DNA of 62,584 bases, the filler included, from Sphacelaria rigidula (lineage: Eukaryota), in assembly GCA_964200075.2 (NCBI GenBank). It is 11 parts of 11 records of this genome, joined end to end, with 100 filler letters (N's around TTAATTAATTAA, not from the genome) between each part and the next. Parts side by side here need not be neighbours in the genome. Positions count along the whole stretch, not along the records: positions 45,591 to 51,188 come from CAXNAA020025984.1; positions 51,289 to 56,886 come from CAXNAA020025985.1; positions 56,987 to 62,584 come from CAXNAA020025986.1; 8 more parts are not named here. One strand, given 5' to 3'. Below the pieces are notes generated by a model that was given only the letters and a program-made list of their open reading frames with translations, did no database searches and had not been told where the DNA came from. Of this stretch, positions 47,315 to 61,126 are shown in pieces. The position numbers and the translations under genes were made by a program. Numbering within the stretch: position 1 is the stretch's first letter; each line of letters starts with the position of its first letter.

Positions 47315-50235
47315 CTACGACACAGCACAGCCGGAGAATATTGTACAGCATATCCTCCTTCTTCGTTCTAGATGATCCTCAGTTTCACTCGTATTGAAGC
47401 CCCAGCAGACTCATACGTTGTGCATGCTGTCGCTCCAGAACAAGCCCGCCTATGACTGCACTTTACGTATGCTGACATGGACTCTGGTTCTGCGCCATCG
47501 TTGAGGTGGACTTGGGGCTATTCCAGAATCGTGAAGTGTCACGTGAAACCATGAAAATACACCGTATTTTGTTCTTGTTCTAAACATTCCAGCACGAGCA
47601 CCAGCACCCCTCCACTTAAATAAAGAAACATGGTGCGATCAGCAGATTGAATGAAGAATTTGACGCTCATGGAATCTAGCAGCCTCGTGTTGAACCTCAA
47701 GACCGCGAGCGTCGCCTCAGAACATTTTTACAGGCTGACAGTCCAGGGACACCTGGGGGTTTCCAGGGGACGCGCGGGGAGGGGCTGGCTTTCAAAACAG
47801 GGAGGGGGTTGACGGACTGTGTGCAGAACAGCCGGAAAGCGCACAAAATAAACCATTAGTGTTGAAATGTTTATCATGGAAATTGTACCCTAGGAAGGAG
47901 ACCTGAAGAAGAGAAGGGACCACACTGGCCAATCACGGCTGTCAAAATGGTCACGTTGTTCCCCTGAGGGTGGGCTACAGATTGACTAAATCGTTGTGTA
48001 CCCGTTCTTGTCATGTTGGTCGCGGCAATTCAACCGTAGATTGCATTGGCACAAATAACATGATTTCAAGGACCGTTCCAAGGGTCTGTCGAGAGAGAAC
48101 GTTCGGACACGGAGGCCGCCCCCGCCCCCCCCGCTCCCCTTCCCTCCCGGAAGGCATTTTTTCGAAAATTATCATGTTTTTTATTTATGTTGTTGAAATA
48201 AACTGATCAACAAACACTGACAAAAACCGAAAAGTCTGGCGGGCTTTGCGAGGTTCGTATACTTGCTTCTGCTCCTTGCCCGCCCTGTTCCAATGGCATC
48301 GGATGCCGGCACGGCTTACACACATATATCTACAATACACGAGAGCACGGTAGCGACAGACTGTAGCCGGAGTAGCAACATTATCGGACGCCTCGCCAAA
48401 TTTTGTGTTCCAACGTTTCGGCTTCAGGCTTCAAAATGAACATGCTGCCATTCGCTACCTGTGACAATGTGGCGCGGAATGAAGACCACGTTCGTGGATC
48501 CTCATGAAGACAAGCCTCATACTTGTGGCGGGAAGTTTTCGGCGTTCTGTGTATAACGTAGCTGAGAGGAAACATGACGTGGTGTGCCGCACAAGTTTGT
48601 GGGAAATAGCCCTTTCGTGTTTTTTTTCGGTGCCGACCACCTACACACGGTCATTCGGCTACCCTCATAAACATCCTCTACCGCGAGTTTCATCCTCTCG
48701 AGGGTAAAGTGACCCTCCGCAGGATATAAATACCCTTTAGAGGGTATTTTATACTCAGTTCCGGTCATAAATCGAATCTTCTGGAGGGAATCTGATACTC
48801 CAGTGACTTCTGAGGTCTGAATCCCTCGGGAGTAACAAAAAAAATTGTGCTCTGGACGGGCGCGCATCCTCCAAGTTCCGCCAGAGGGTGCGTGGCCCTC
48901 CAGAGGCAAAGCAAGCCTCTAGAGGCGTTCAATCCCACCCCTCTGGAGGGCCGCGCACCCTCTAGAGACGTTTAATCACTCTGGAGGCTCAAAACGTAAA
49001 CCGGAACAACAAAGAATTTTTGAGGGTAGCCGAATGGCCGCGTATTTAGACCTTCCCTTTGGCTTTTGCCGTATCCCGTTAGCCTCGTGGTGAAAGCTGT
49101 GCACGTGAAGCAGCCAGTGAAAAATCGAGGGTAACCCTCACTGAAGTTGTCCTCAGATCGCCACCGGCTTATCCGCGTTCCGGTCAGTCTCGAGACGAAC
49201 GGGCGGAATGCGGGCACAAGTACGTCTAAAATACCTGCGGTTTCCTTTTTCTTGCAACTTGACACACACGGCCATTTGCCTACTCGCACCCCCCCAAAAT
49301 GCATCCGGAGGGAACCAAACACTACCGATCTGGAGGGCCGCGCACCCCTCCGGATGAATCTGGGGGTATGCGCGGCCCTCCAGAGTAAAAAATACGCCTC
49401 CGGGGGCGTTTCATCCCTCTGCTGGAAGAAACCACAAAATCTCCTCCGGAGGGCCGCGCACCCCTCCGGAGTCGTCTAATTCCTCTGGAGGCTCGAAACG
49501 TTTACCCACTTGGAGGAATTTTGGAGGTAGCCAGATGGCCGCGTGTGGACCTTTCTGAGACCGTACATTGAAACGACCAAACGACCTTCAACATTCGTAA
49601 GGTGGATGGCTGATTGAAAATCGCGCGTGGGTACAGTACTACCTCTTGAAAACACAGACCTAACACGTTGGTATCCCCGTCTGCATGTCACGCTTCTAGG
49701 GGGTATTGTTGATAAATCAGGGAGTGTTTTTCGCCTGCTGCCTTGGCTTTGATATTGATCTCCCACCGGGATCCACTGGGCAGATAACCCTTCACTGGAA
49801 ACCAAGTAAAACCTTTACCGTGCCCTCGTGCTAATGTACATAGAGATCACTGCTCAGACGAACAGTTTCGAGGATACCATAACCCGCGATGCTGTCGTGA
49901 TTACTGCTACTGTACATCAACCAAGGGACGTCATACAAACGTATTTTTGTTGTCGTCAAATATAAGTGCCTACTCTTCGCGATGGTCTTGTCTACTATTG
50001 TAGGAACCATCCCCGCAATAAACGGCAAACTGAAGATGTACCGGGACAGAATCTGCTTGACGAAACTAGGGGGCGAAGCCGGTATCTCAAGCCAAACCTC
50101 CCACACACAGATTAGGGTAACTCAAAGTGAATTGAAAGAAGCGCGACTATGGCCGAGTGTTCAAACTCGGCACTGGCCCAACAATGAAGACTTCTCCATA
50201 TTCAGACGGAGGACTGAAACATGGGACGTCTCCTG

Positions 50236-50440
50236 TGTAATGCGTGAGAGGACCGCGTGCTTAGAGGACCGCGCCGTAGTTCAAAATACCTCAGGATCGA
50301 CGTTTTTCAAAACCAATCAGACCAGTCCCTGCAAGTACCTCGCCCCTGACCATAACCCTAACCCTAACCCTAACCCTAACCATAGGGACGTTCAAATTCC
50401 GATGCGGTCCTCTAAGCACGCGGGCCTCTTACGCATTACA
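50236..50440 (-). mobile_element. Second copy of the telomeric-repeat MITE (opposite orientation)
   Basis: Same 37-bp TIRs (35/37); TSD TCCTG at 50231-50235 and 50441-50445; (CCCTAA)n at ~50345-50383. Confidence 0.92.
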
Positions 50441-53400
50441 TCCTGTTTCCCTACTGTACGTCAGCAGAAACGCTCAAGCCCTTTCGCATGTGCCGGAGCT
50501 TCCACTGTATGTCCCGTTGTGGTGTGTTTACCCATTGCGAACACGGTTTGGATTGCATGGACTGCGATATCGTCGTTGTGTTCGTCTCTGCAGAGAACAA
50601 TGTTGGCCGGTACGCAATGCTGGCTGCACAGTGTTGAAAACTTCATGGGCGTGTTGACTGTTTCGTCTTCAGTAAGACGAACAACGCGCTGTCCGTAGCT
50701 GCAACACTCCGTCCAGCTGGCGCCGTGCGTTGGGGGCCTGTACTGTACCGTACTTCTGTATTGTGTTTAGTGTACAGTACTATATTATCTATGGCACTGG
50801 ATTTGGCTGAAACGCGCTACGACTTAGACCACACAAACAGTTGGTGTTAGAGTACTCCCCTGTCGCACACACATCGACGCTTGGTGTTAGAGTACTTCCC
50901 TGGCGATTCCCAAGCTAATATTGAGCGATCTGGTTCGTAAGCTACCAAGCGAATCTGTCCCGCTCCAAATTCAGTCTGTCAAAACAATAAACGATTAGGT
51001 TGGTGCATGTCGGCTTACCCTGAGAAAATGATGAAACAAGGGATACATCGAGTAGCGACAAAGGGCAGAGACAGATGGCCATCGATTTGGTGTTGTTTCG
51101 GAGTCGTCCTACGATGAGGGGGGGGGGTGTACTCATGATCATGCCTGCCATAGTCATCAGACAATTGGCCTCGCATCCCTACAAAGCCNNNNNNNNNNNN
51201 NNNNNNNNNNNNNNNNNNNNNNNNNNNNNNNNTTAATTAATTAANNNNNNNNNNNNNNNNNNNNNNNNNNNNNNNNNNNNNNNNNNNNTTTCCGTACATC
51301 AGTCCGATCTCGCGAACCCGTGGTCACAGACGTGGGCTCGCCTTTCCAATACCGTTTCCTGCTATTTCTTACAAGACACATCACCAAAAAATAAAAATAA
51401 GAAGAGAGACGCCACGAAAATCGGTGAGAAGTAGCTCCCCTGAGTTCAACGGGAAGAGAAAAGAAAAGAAGAAAAACAAACAATCACACAAACAACAAGA
51501 CAACAGGGTATACTCGACACTTTGGGCTGCTGAAAAGTCGCACATCACCTGCCTATGTCAGTCACAACGACTTGTGTGGACTCAAGAGAGGGGAGCAGCA
51601 GCGCTGGACTGGCTGCTGCTGTGGGCATGGGTCGCATCTCCTCTTTGAAAAACACTGTACCGCAATATCGGGTATACCCTACCCGACCCGCCTTGTAAAT
51701 AATCCTTCGAGTACAGTGTCGTACCGGTGTACCCCAGGGTAATACAGTGCAGGACACTCCATCATTACAGTACGTGATAATGCCGTGTGGTATTACATGA
51801 TGGCACAGTTGGTATTGCGAGAACAGTGAGCAGTGTGCAAGAAGAGTTCAGTATTGCAGTGCAGTACATCACCCTACAAGAACAGCGACAGTAAACTAAG
51901 ACAGTACAATACCGTTCGCTATGGTGATGAATATGGCAGCGCAGTGCAGCATAAAATTTGCAATCGCCGTCAACACTTCTTGTCTACCTGTCAAACCCCG
52001 TTCGAAGCTGCCTTAGCAGCTGGCGCGGGCAGGCACGCCCTGCGCTATTACGAGACTGTCTTGCGCGGTCGCAAAAAAAAGGGAATCCCTCTTACACCAC
52101 CATAGTACGTCAACGTACGTACGTCACCCCCTCGATATCGGGGGGACCTCAGATTTCCCCCGGTTTCTCGAAAAATCGGAGGAAATCGTTCTGAGATTGT
52201 GATACCCCGATTCCACCCAGATCGGGGTCCATAAAATGCGTTCCCCGATTTTTTTCTCCCCGATCCGCGTAAAACTCGAAATTGGTGACTGCCATGAAAG
52301 ATGGTCTAATGGGTCTGAAAAAGAGAATTTCGGCAAAAAAACATCATCACAGAGTCAGAGATCAGAGTGGAACCTTTGAAGCTTGAGATTGTACGCTAAA
52401 AAGATTAATAGCGCAAGCTGATGTGACGTGACTTGACGTGGATTTTGTTTGTCGCAGTGATTGGCCGCAGGTTGTGCCGCCAAAATGCGATCGACCAGCG
52501 TCCAGTTCGAAAATGCGTAGGTCAGCACAACACTAACTGTACAATAACAGTACCGAGTCTGTGTTGTACCGCACCCTGCGGCACCGTACGTACCGTACAC
52601 TACGCTTCACCGCGCTTGCAGTACTTCAATGAACTCTGGTGCACTACAGGGCATTGTAGTGCTTTACTGCTGTGCAGTGTAGAGTACAGACAGTGCAAGG
52701 TAGAATCCTCCGAATAGACATTGCGGTGCGATGAAGTACGGCGATACGGTACAGACAGTCACTTGTACAGTGTAGAGGTACACTTCGCAGCACTTTCGAA
52801 CGAGACAAAGTCGCATTGTAATGATTTTCCAACATGCCACCCATAACGGTGGTGCAAGACGTCATGACCTCTGACGGCATGGCGGTGCAGCCCGGTGTAA
52901 CACTGCTTGTGCGCTGTAGGCTACGAATCGTTCACACCGCCTTCTTACGGCTGAAGCTGGCAAGAGTGAGGACCTGTACCCAATGAAACGTCGTGTACCC
53001 GCCGAGCGTTTTAATGTCGCGCAACGCAGCCAAGCGAATGGTGATACCATGGCGGCGTCGGGGAGATCCTCTGATAGTGATGTCAAGCGTTGCTACTTCG
53101 TGAATGGTCCATTGTGATTAACATGAAAGTTGTGATGGATGCCCCACTTTGTTTGTCAAGGTATGTTGGTTTTGGACAGCCTGTGACCATGGTGATGGAG
53201 GTGGGGGTGATTTTTGTTCTGTTTCGCTATGAAGTTTGAAGAGGCACACCGGTTTTCAGATTGGAGAGGTCCAAACCGACCTCTCACTCTGAAAATTTCG
53301 CTCTGCAAAGCTTTTTATTGCGGAACGTGCACCGTTACCGGCTATTTTTACTTCCCCTCTGACTAAGATACGAAAAAATATATTTCAAAACTCTCTAATA

Positions 53401-53797
53401 AGGCTAGTTTCTATGGGACCAATCTCGACTCTGTGGAAACCTCAATCTGTGCAAAGTCGGGAAGGGGGGGACTCATTTTTTTCGGAAGTCAGATCCGTGG
53501 TAACTCTGTCGGATGGAGGTCAAGATATTGAGATCCGATCTATTCAAATCGCCAGATGTTATTTGACTCAGTGGCGCAGCTTGGAATGGGGTAGTAACCT
53601 CAAGCCAAACCTTGCCGCAGTTTCGCATCTCTATCGCACCCGGGCACCAAGTGTTGCGTGTGACCACATACGGGCAGGTTACGGTGCTGGATGACTGCAG
53701 CAATGTAGACGTTTAAATGACGAGCAAATACGATATTATTGCCAAAAAGATGATACAATTTTCACTGTTTTTCGTGTATGATATTCCTCCATAGCAG

Positions 53798-55710
53798 GAG
53801 AGGCAGATGGAGAATGTGGGAGCCGCGGGGAGTCCCCATACCACGGGGGAATTATCTGAGAGTGTGGGGCGGGGCGGCTTCACTGCTGCTGATGTGGTGA
53901 GACGCCTGGGCCATGCTGTGGGCTTTCAGCAAACAGCGCTTGGCTCGCGCCGAAAGTGCGTGGATGGGGTAGTCAGAACATTTCCTGAGGATGATGGTGA
54001 TGGTGGTGCTGCTGGAGGTGATGCTGATGCTGCTGTCGATGATGATGGTGATTGGGAGAAAATATCTCGAGAAACAGGATACGACATGACCCTGGAGGGT
54101 CTTGACGGTGACAAAGACAGACCCATGTCTCCCGGCGTGGACTTCTCTTTTGTGGCGCTGTCGGACAATGGCAACAACTTCATGACATCTTCTCGCCTGC
54201 CCCACGACGATCAAGTGGTGCTGGCCGCGGAGCACTCAGAGGGTGGCGGAGCCAGGGTGGGGACGGGAGGCGGTGATGAACAGCGCAAGTGGGTTGATGC
54301 ACGTGACACACACAGCTTCCTTGTGAGGGGACCGACCTATCTCACGGTAAGTCCAGTAGATTGCTCGTATCCATCCAGGATCTGCTCATTTAGTCTTTTC
54401 GCAATTGTTGTTCTTTTCATTAGTGCCGTCGTAAATCATCATGTATTGTTGTTTGCTTTCTTTACTGTGTTGGCTTCATGTATTTTCACCCCAGTATCTG
54501 TTTATGCCCCTGAACCACAGTGGCATTCAAGCCACACGAGGACGGGGCGCGTGCGTATTTGTGGGGGGGGGTTCCAGCAGGTTGCCAACGCGATAACGAC
54601 GAGCACGATGCCACCCCCTCGGCACTCCGGCTTTCATTTGATTAGAAATTCTCGAACTGTTCGTCTTACACCATCTTACATAGGGCACCACCCGTCGGGC
54701 ACCACCCGTCGTTAATTTCGATCCGTACATCAAACAGAACCTTGCACAGGGCGCGGATAAAGTGCAGCTCTCAAGTCCACCGAAGTATGCGGGGCGGCCT
54801 GAGCAATGGTGTGCTTGGTATGGCCACGTTGTTAACCCCCTGACCCCCCCCCCGCTTTCAAGTACTTTTGGTGTTGTCAAGTGACACAATATCGAAGGTT
54901 GGGCTCCTCAGCATACCGCGATTCATACGTGAAATTTTCGTCGGATCATTTGTGCATAGGCTACTCCTCTCTGTCTCAATGTCACTTACCTGTCAAGCAA
55001 ATTAGAGTGTGCCGTCGTCGTGCCCCCGTATAACATCACTCGTTGGGGCGGGTAATTTAGGCATTGATCCCGTCAGTAGAGTGCTCTGTCTGGTTTTTGT
55101 CGCCCCATAACGTGAGAGCTTGCGTTGGTGAAAATGTTGGATGGGTCGACCGGTTGCGGGAGAGTGTATTCGAGGCTCGATAACCAAGGTGCGAGGCGAG
55201 TTCCTGGGGAGAGATGTGTTGGCCCCCTGAGGCTCTGGACTCGTCCCGAGGAACGGGGGATGAGGGGGCGAATTCATTTGCTGCGTGCCTTCGTCATTGG
55301 ACCGTTGACCACGCGTTCCTTTGAAGACGGAGCACCGTTCGAGTACTGTAGAGATATCTCACTTGGGCGCGCATCACGCTTCTTTCATGCATTGCGCCTT
55401 TTACATATCTTGAACGCATTCTGCTCGGGATTGTGTTATACACCGTCATACTCCAGTTCCTCGGTTTCAAGCTCTTAGCTTATTTTCTCCTCCCGTCTGT
55501 GTAGCGTCCTTGCTTGTTGCTCCACGTCTATTTCCTACCTCCTTTTTCGTGTTGGTTCTCTTGTATGCTTGGCATGTTTGCACGTTGGATTTGTGGTTGT
55601 CAGGACAAAGGGAAACGACCTGCAGGAGCAGCCATGTGCCGATTGTTGGGTTTTGACTGCTTTGTGGAGAGGGCAGCTGGGAACAGTCGAATCGATCACA
55701 TCGCTTCCAG
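53798..55710 (+). CDS. EDR2 C-terminal domain (DUF1336) protein, two exons, partial
   Basis: Exon 53798 (or ATG 53807)-54346 ends 'KWVDARDTHSFLVRGPTYLT'|GTAAGT and splices in phase 0 to 55604-55710 'DKGKRPAGAAMCRLLGFDCFVERAAGNSRIDHIASR'. W...FxVRGxxYLxDKxKxPA...D.F...RIDHIA is the start of EDR2_C. Confidence 0.88.
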
Positions 55711-56986
55711 GTGAAAACATATGTCTACTTCGATTTGATGACGGAAGCGACCATAAAATCGATAGCCGCGCACAAAATTGTACTCGAGGGCTGCATGGAC
55801 TGCTTTGACGCGATGTGCTACACTGCTTTTCCGTGGTAACTGGATGATGTCACGCCGAAAAAGGTATCGACGAGGAAAATGGAGCCTAGCTTTTCATTTT
55901 CCAGCGCTTTTCTCGAAATCGGCGGCCGGACAATGATCTTTGAGGGCCGTTTTCGGTTGTCTCCATACTTGCGCAATGCACTGTGCGACGTAGTTGTGAG
56001 CTGCCACACGGGACCGTTAGTTTTGCGTTGTCTTGGTATCGCTCGGTATACGCCAGGAATTGTTGCGCGAACTGGTGGATAAATTCCACGGTGACATGTA
56101 AATGGGATATTTTCACGATGTGGCGAGTGCAGAGTGGTTTCTGGTCGTTGAGTTGGTTTTCGAATCTTGACCGAAGGGATCCTGGGGTCTACAGCACCAC
56201 GCCAAAGACATTTGTTATTGAAAGTTGCTGGTTGAACCTTTTTTGTCGAGGAGATGTTCATGCAGTGTACGTACGTTGTGCATGTGGAGAAAACCGTTGA
56301 CTGAGTTATCTTCAGAGGGTGGTATCCCCCATCATCGTCCCAGCGCTGCTGTATCAGTAGGTCCACTACCTTCGACGGTTACATGTAGCCGTGCAAGGAG
56401 GCGCTCAGGCAGTGTACAGCAGACACAGTGAGTCCGTTGTGTCCGGCAGATGCGTTCCGATAAAAGACGCAGTGGACGCTGTATCGGGATTTAGAGTGAG
56501 GAACACGAGAGTGACCCGCAGGCACTCAGTACAATCTGCACCATACAGTTGTGGGGGGGACTGGCTGTTGTGCTGAGGCACCGAGGGAAAATGTGGCGTC
56601 CGGTACGTTGTGGGAGAAGGGACGGCGAGGCCACGAGGAACAATGAACTGTAGGGGTACCGACGAAGAAAGTGGGACGGAAGAGGAAATCATAGCATGAA
56701 TTTGCTCAGATCGCCACAGCGGACCCAAGAACCCCGACAGTGAAAAACAGCCATTCTAAGTACATTTTGGTTTGGTGCAGCGTAAGTGTCGCTGTGCACC
56801 CCGATATGAAGTCGGACCATCGTCTGGCCTCAGCCACCGCCCGTCTCCTCGGACGGAACGCTCCCAACCGTCAACCGAAACCGAGANNNNNNNNNNNNNN
56901 NNNNNNNNNNNNNNNNNNNNNNNNNNNNNNTTAATTAATTAANNNNNNNNNNNNNNNNNNNNNNNNNNNNNNNNNNNNNNNNNNNN

Positions 56987-59900
56987 GCTGCACTGGAATC
57001 CGATCGATGGCTGCAGCAGCGCGGTGTGCGCTAGCGGGGGGCGATTGCAAGGGTACATGACGGGTGAAAGCGTCAACTTGGGATGATTATATGGACCATG
57101 TATGCCGACACGTCTGCACTTGTGCGCTGCGCAACGACTCTCGCTCACTAGGCAAATACCCGCATCTCTTGTTGCAGGCTATTCAAGTATTGTCTTTGTC
57201 CTACGCTGAGTCATCTTTTTAAGGCAATTCTATGCTCTAGTTGTCTTATCTTACCGTTATATATGAATATATATATATACTTGCGAGCGGACCCTGAGTA
57301 ATTTGATCCGCCCGTATCAAAACAAACGCCGCACGCACTGAAGAAAGTACCTTGCCCAGTTAAGCTGAATCTGTGCCTCCCTCTCCTTGCCGTTATTTCT
57401 ACCCGCGGCAGAAAAGCGAGCTACGCGACAGCCAGAAATCAGACGACGTTTTCAGCACCAGTGCCACGAAAAAAAACGTGCGGGTCTTGGAGTGGGTGCG
57501 GGCGCCGCCTCGCCTTAAGCAGCGGCGGCGAAATACGCATCTTCAGGTCTTCATCCCGATCCACATTCACCACCGGGCATGCTAAATACGCTACCACTGA
57601 TGGAAAAGATCACGGTGGGGTTATGGGAGCACAAGGTGACTGTGTGAAGGATCAAACCCGTCATGCAAAAGGGTACGTTGCTCATCAAGGGGCAGAGTTT
57701 TGTGATGGAAACGGAGTGGGGCGGGGTGCAACTTTGGATTGTGTTGAGGCAGACAGAGGCAACGAAAACCCCGAAATTGATGGCTCTGCAGGCATGGCTC
57801 CGATTGCCGTCAACATGCAAGCCAGTGTCCTCGGCGCTGAGTTTCGCACAGCTCTTCGCGTGGATGGGTTACGCACAAGGAGGTTAGGGGGGGGTGGTGT
57901 CAGTGGTTTTTCCTCACCGGGGTCATCGTCACCTTCGCCGCCAACCACCCCGCGCTCACCTTTGGCGGCAGAATCCTCAAGTATGCTGTCGAAGCACCAT
58001 CAGTTGCATCCGGGGCTACTGTCATCCCTCCACGACATCGAAACGACCAATGCAAATCCATTGACAACGACAGCCGTGAGACGAGAGGAGGATGGCGTCA
58101 AGCCTTCTTCTCGAGAAGTTGGAACCCCCCTCCGTGCTTCCGGTCAGTGTACGTCGGGCTTTCTTCTGCGCAACGGTAGCGGTGGCGCCTCGGGGCTTTC
58201 CTCAAGATCATCGATTTCTCGATCACGAGGCTACTCTCTAGTAGTGGGCGACCTGCGAGCAATGTGTCCAGGGGGGAAACATTCTTTCTTTGGAACGACA
58301 GACGGCGGCCTCGGGTTGGGGTTGGGGTTAGGCTCGCTACAACTCAGCGACGGGGCAGCGGGGTCGTCTTCACGGTGCTTAAACGATAGCTTTTTTGCCA
58401 ACGACAAAAGCTCGAAGAAGGTCAGTATTCGAGCTCGCGGTACTGGCAATAGCCGGAGTGTTCGCATAGGGGCTGAACATGCTTCGCCGACCGCAGGCCC
58501 CGATGCCACCAACTTCACCGGCAACAGAAAAGAGTTGGCAACAGTAGTTGCGGCGGCGGAAGGGGAAATGGAGGAAATTTCTGTTGGGAGCACGGTAAGA
58601 CCCGCCGCCGCCGGATCTGATTCATCTTCCAGCAGTGCCCCCGACTCCCTGTCGGCGACGCTGCCACTGCCGCCACCGCCGGTGACCTCGGGGCGACGCG
58701 GTGGCTTCCGAAATGTGCTCCCGGGCGAGAACTGGCAAGCGGGGCCAATGCGTCCGCGAACGAAGGCGAAGGGTTTTGTCGACGAGCTGTCAGGGCAGAC
58801 AAAGCTTCAGCCACACCGGCCATCGGGTTCGGGCGGCGCCAGCGCCATTGCTTGTTCAAATGACATGGCCGAGGTTGCAGCTACTACTTCGGAGACGGCG
58901 GCCTTGGCGGCAGCTGTGGGAGGGGGCATGATTTCTAAAAATAGTAGTGGTAGCGCAGCGATGGGCACAAGTAGCACGGTTGATGGAAGTACAAGTAAAT
59001 TTCGCTCGAGTCCGTTGCCAAGCTCGACAAATGATGGGTGCGTCACCGAACGCGCCGAGGACCCTGCCACTGCTGCAGTATTGCTGTCAACAACATCGTG
59101 TAGCTCCTCGTCGCGGTCGCCGCGGATATCCCCTGGCGTATCTTCGGCTGAATCGACGAGTACCTCCGGTCCATCTCCAGCGACCCGTCCGTCCTCTCCT
59201 GAGGTTATCGATTTGCGCGGAAAGCTGGGGGGCGCCGGCAGCAGCAATAGCACCGCTCCTGCATTACATCCTCTTCTCAGGCTTCCATTAGGCGGAGACG
59301 AAATCACGGCGAGTAATGGGGACTGGGGTGCTGCTACAGACAGCGTTGCATCGTCCCCTTCTCCTGCCTCCTCAGTCTTGGGCGCGGCAGATCTAAGCGA
59401 CAACGTCGGGAAAAGAAATAGCGTTAGGGGCAACGTGGTCGGCAGCCCAGACCGGCGCTCAATGTACGACTCGGAAGGGAGCATTCGACAGCCCTGTCTC
59501 ATGCTCGTGATGGCTAACTCTCTTGATGGGGTAGATCGTAATTGGGAGGCAAGGGGAGAGGGGGGTGGTGGTGGCGTCGAGGTCAAGACGATAGCCTGCC
59601 TGCCGCCCGCCCTGTCATCACCCGACCTTGTGGCGGCATCCGAAGATGGGACGCTGGTTTGCGTAGGAAGCCACGCGTGTGGGCTGGTTGCGTGCTACCG
59701 CATCGCCCCGTCACCGCCACGGCCCTCCTTCGCCAAGTTATCGACATCTCCTATTGCTCCTCCCACCGCCTCTCTTTCATCTGTTGCGACAGGCTTTGCG
59801 AGGAAGGATAAAGTCGTGATGAATTCGGCAGCAGCGGAAAGATCAGGGGCTGTGCTGGTTGAAGGCGGCAAAAACAATAAAATTTCAGAGCGTGCCCGTA

Positions 59901-61126
59901 CCTCCTCAGAATCGCCGTCCTATCGAAACGATGCGCCGGCGGTGGGTGGCCAGGAGCCATTCAGTGCTGTCGGCAACAATGGCCGTGGCAAGACCGGCGC
60001 ATCGAGAGTAACCGGTTGTCACAGCGCTGGTGCTGGTGGTAGACAAAGAGAAAAGCAACCCGCAAGACCAGTTTGTACCCTCAGATTACCACCGGGACTG
60101 CGCGCGAAGGGCCTTGCCTTTGCCGTCGACAACTCACAACGCCATTCACAGGAACGACGACGACGACGACGACGACGAGACCAGGAACAACATGGATATG
60201 AGCGGTGTCATGATAAGTTCGACGTTGCAGATCTTCATGTAGCGGGCGGTCAGGAGGGAGGGGAGGAAGCGAAAAAATGCCAGGGAATTACTTCTGCACA
60301 ATCCGTCGATGACGGTTTGGTGCGTGAGGGTGTTGAGGTCCTCGTGCTTGCGGCTGCCCCCGCTGCCGCCGCTGCTTCATCGGCTGGTACATTCGTTTCC
60401 AAACATAGGAAGTCCTCATTGGGCTCATCGATTGAAGGGGTCTATCAGGCGACTACGAGTGACATTGGGGCAGGAGGTGGGGGCAGTATTGCTGGTGACG
60501 CTGGGGCTTTTCCTCCGTCGTCTTCTGCCTTGTGCTGTCGAACGGTCTTGCTACGATTTCTGCTGCCCGCGATTGTGTCCTCGATGGACTGCCATGCGGG
60601 GGCGGGTCAGCATGGGGCGGGTTTTTCACCGCAACGGGCGCTCGCCGATGGATCGCCGGCTTTGTTTCCAGCGGCGGCGGGGACCGTGAAACCATTGTCC
60701 TGTGAGGGCGATCGTGATGAGACAACTTCTGTATCCCGCAAGTCGCGAAGCAACGACAATGATAGTATCAGCAGCAGAAGCAACGACAACGGCGATGGGG
60801 TACCGCTGTCTTGCAAAGATGGCACTGGTGCGCACTGGCAGCCATTATCCAGTGGGCGCGCTGGCAGCCATTATCCTGTGGGCGAGGACGTCCAGATGTT
60901 TCCTAGAGACAAAGTCGACAATGATGTTCCTGATGGGGGTCCCGCCGCAGAGGTACAAGGAGTGAACATTGCCATCATGCGCGCACTCGAGGGTCTAGAG
61001 GAGCGCGTTAACGCTCGGTTCAGTGGGCTCGAGAAAGCGCTTTGTGACGTGAGCGAGCGAGTAGGGGTTCTCGAGCGCGTGGTTGCTGTGGGCACGACGA
61101 CCGTGGATAAAAGAGATCACCGGTGA
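56987..61126 (+). CDS. WDCP: WD-repeat and coiled-coil protein, WDCP-like, 5'-partial
   Basis: Partial exon 56987-57052 (LHWNPIDGCSSAVCASGGRLQ) joins in phase 2 to a terminal exon 57412-61126 containing the 1221-aa ORF. Ordered motifs CGSWSGCGRRLALSSG, PEVIDL, CLMLV, SPDLVAASEDGTLVCVGSHACGLVACY, LRLPPGLRAKGLAF, FPPSS and a C-terminal coiled coil resemble recalled WDCP blocks. Confidence 0.65.

Noticed and set aside
49982..50698. 238-aa ORF with NPNPNPN repeat
   Set aside because: It reads through the telomeric-repeat MITE; the NP repeat is translated (CCCTAA)n.
5601..56986. Identical TTAATTAATTAA motif every ~5.7 kb (array- or CRISPR-like periodicity)
   Set aside because: It is an N-padded six-frame-stop linker between size-sorted contigs; any cross-contig gene cluster is also artefactual.
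58313..58332. Telomere-like GGGTTG/GGGTTA repeats
   Set aside because: Short and in frame, encoding GLGLGLG within the large ORF.
58807..59586. 259-aa antisense ORF and similar overlapping ORFs
   Set aside because: Shadow frames of GC-rich coding sequence on the opposite strand.
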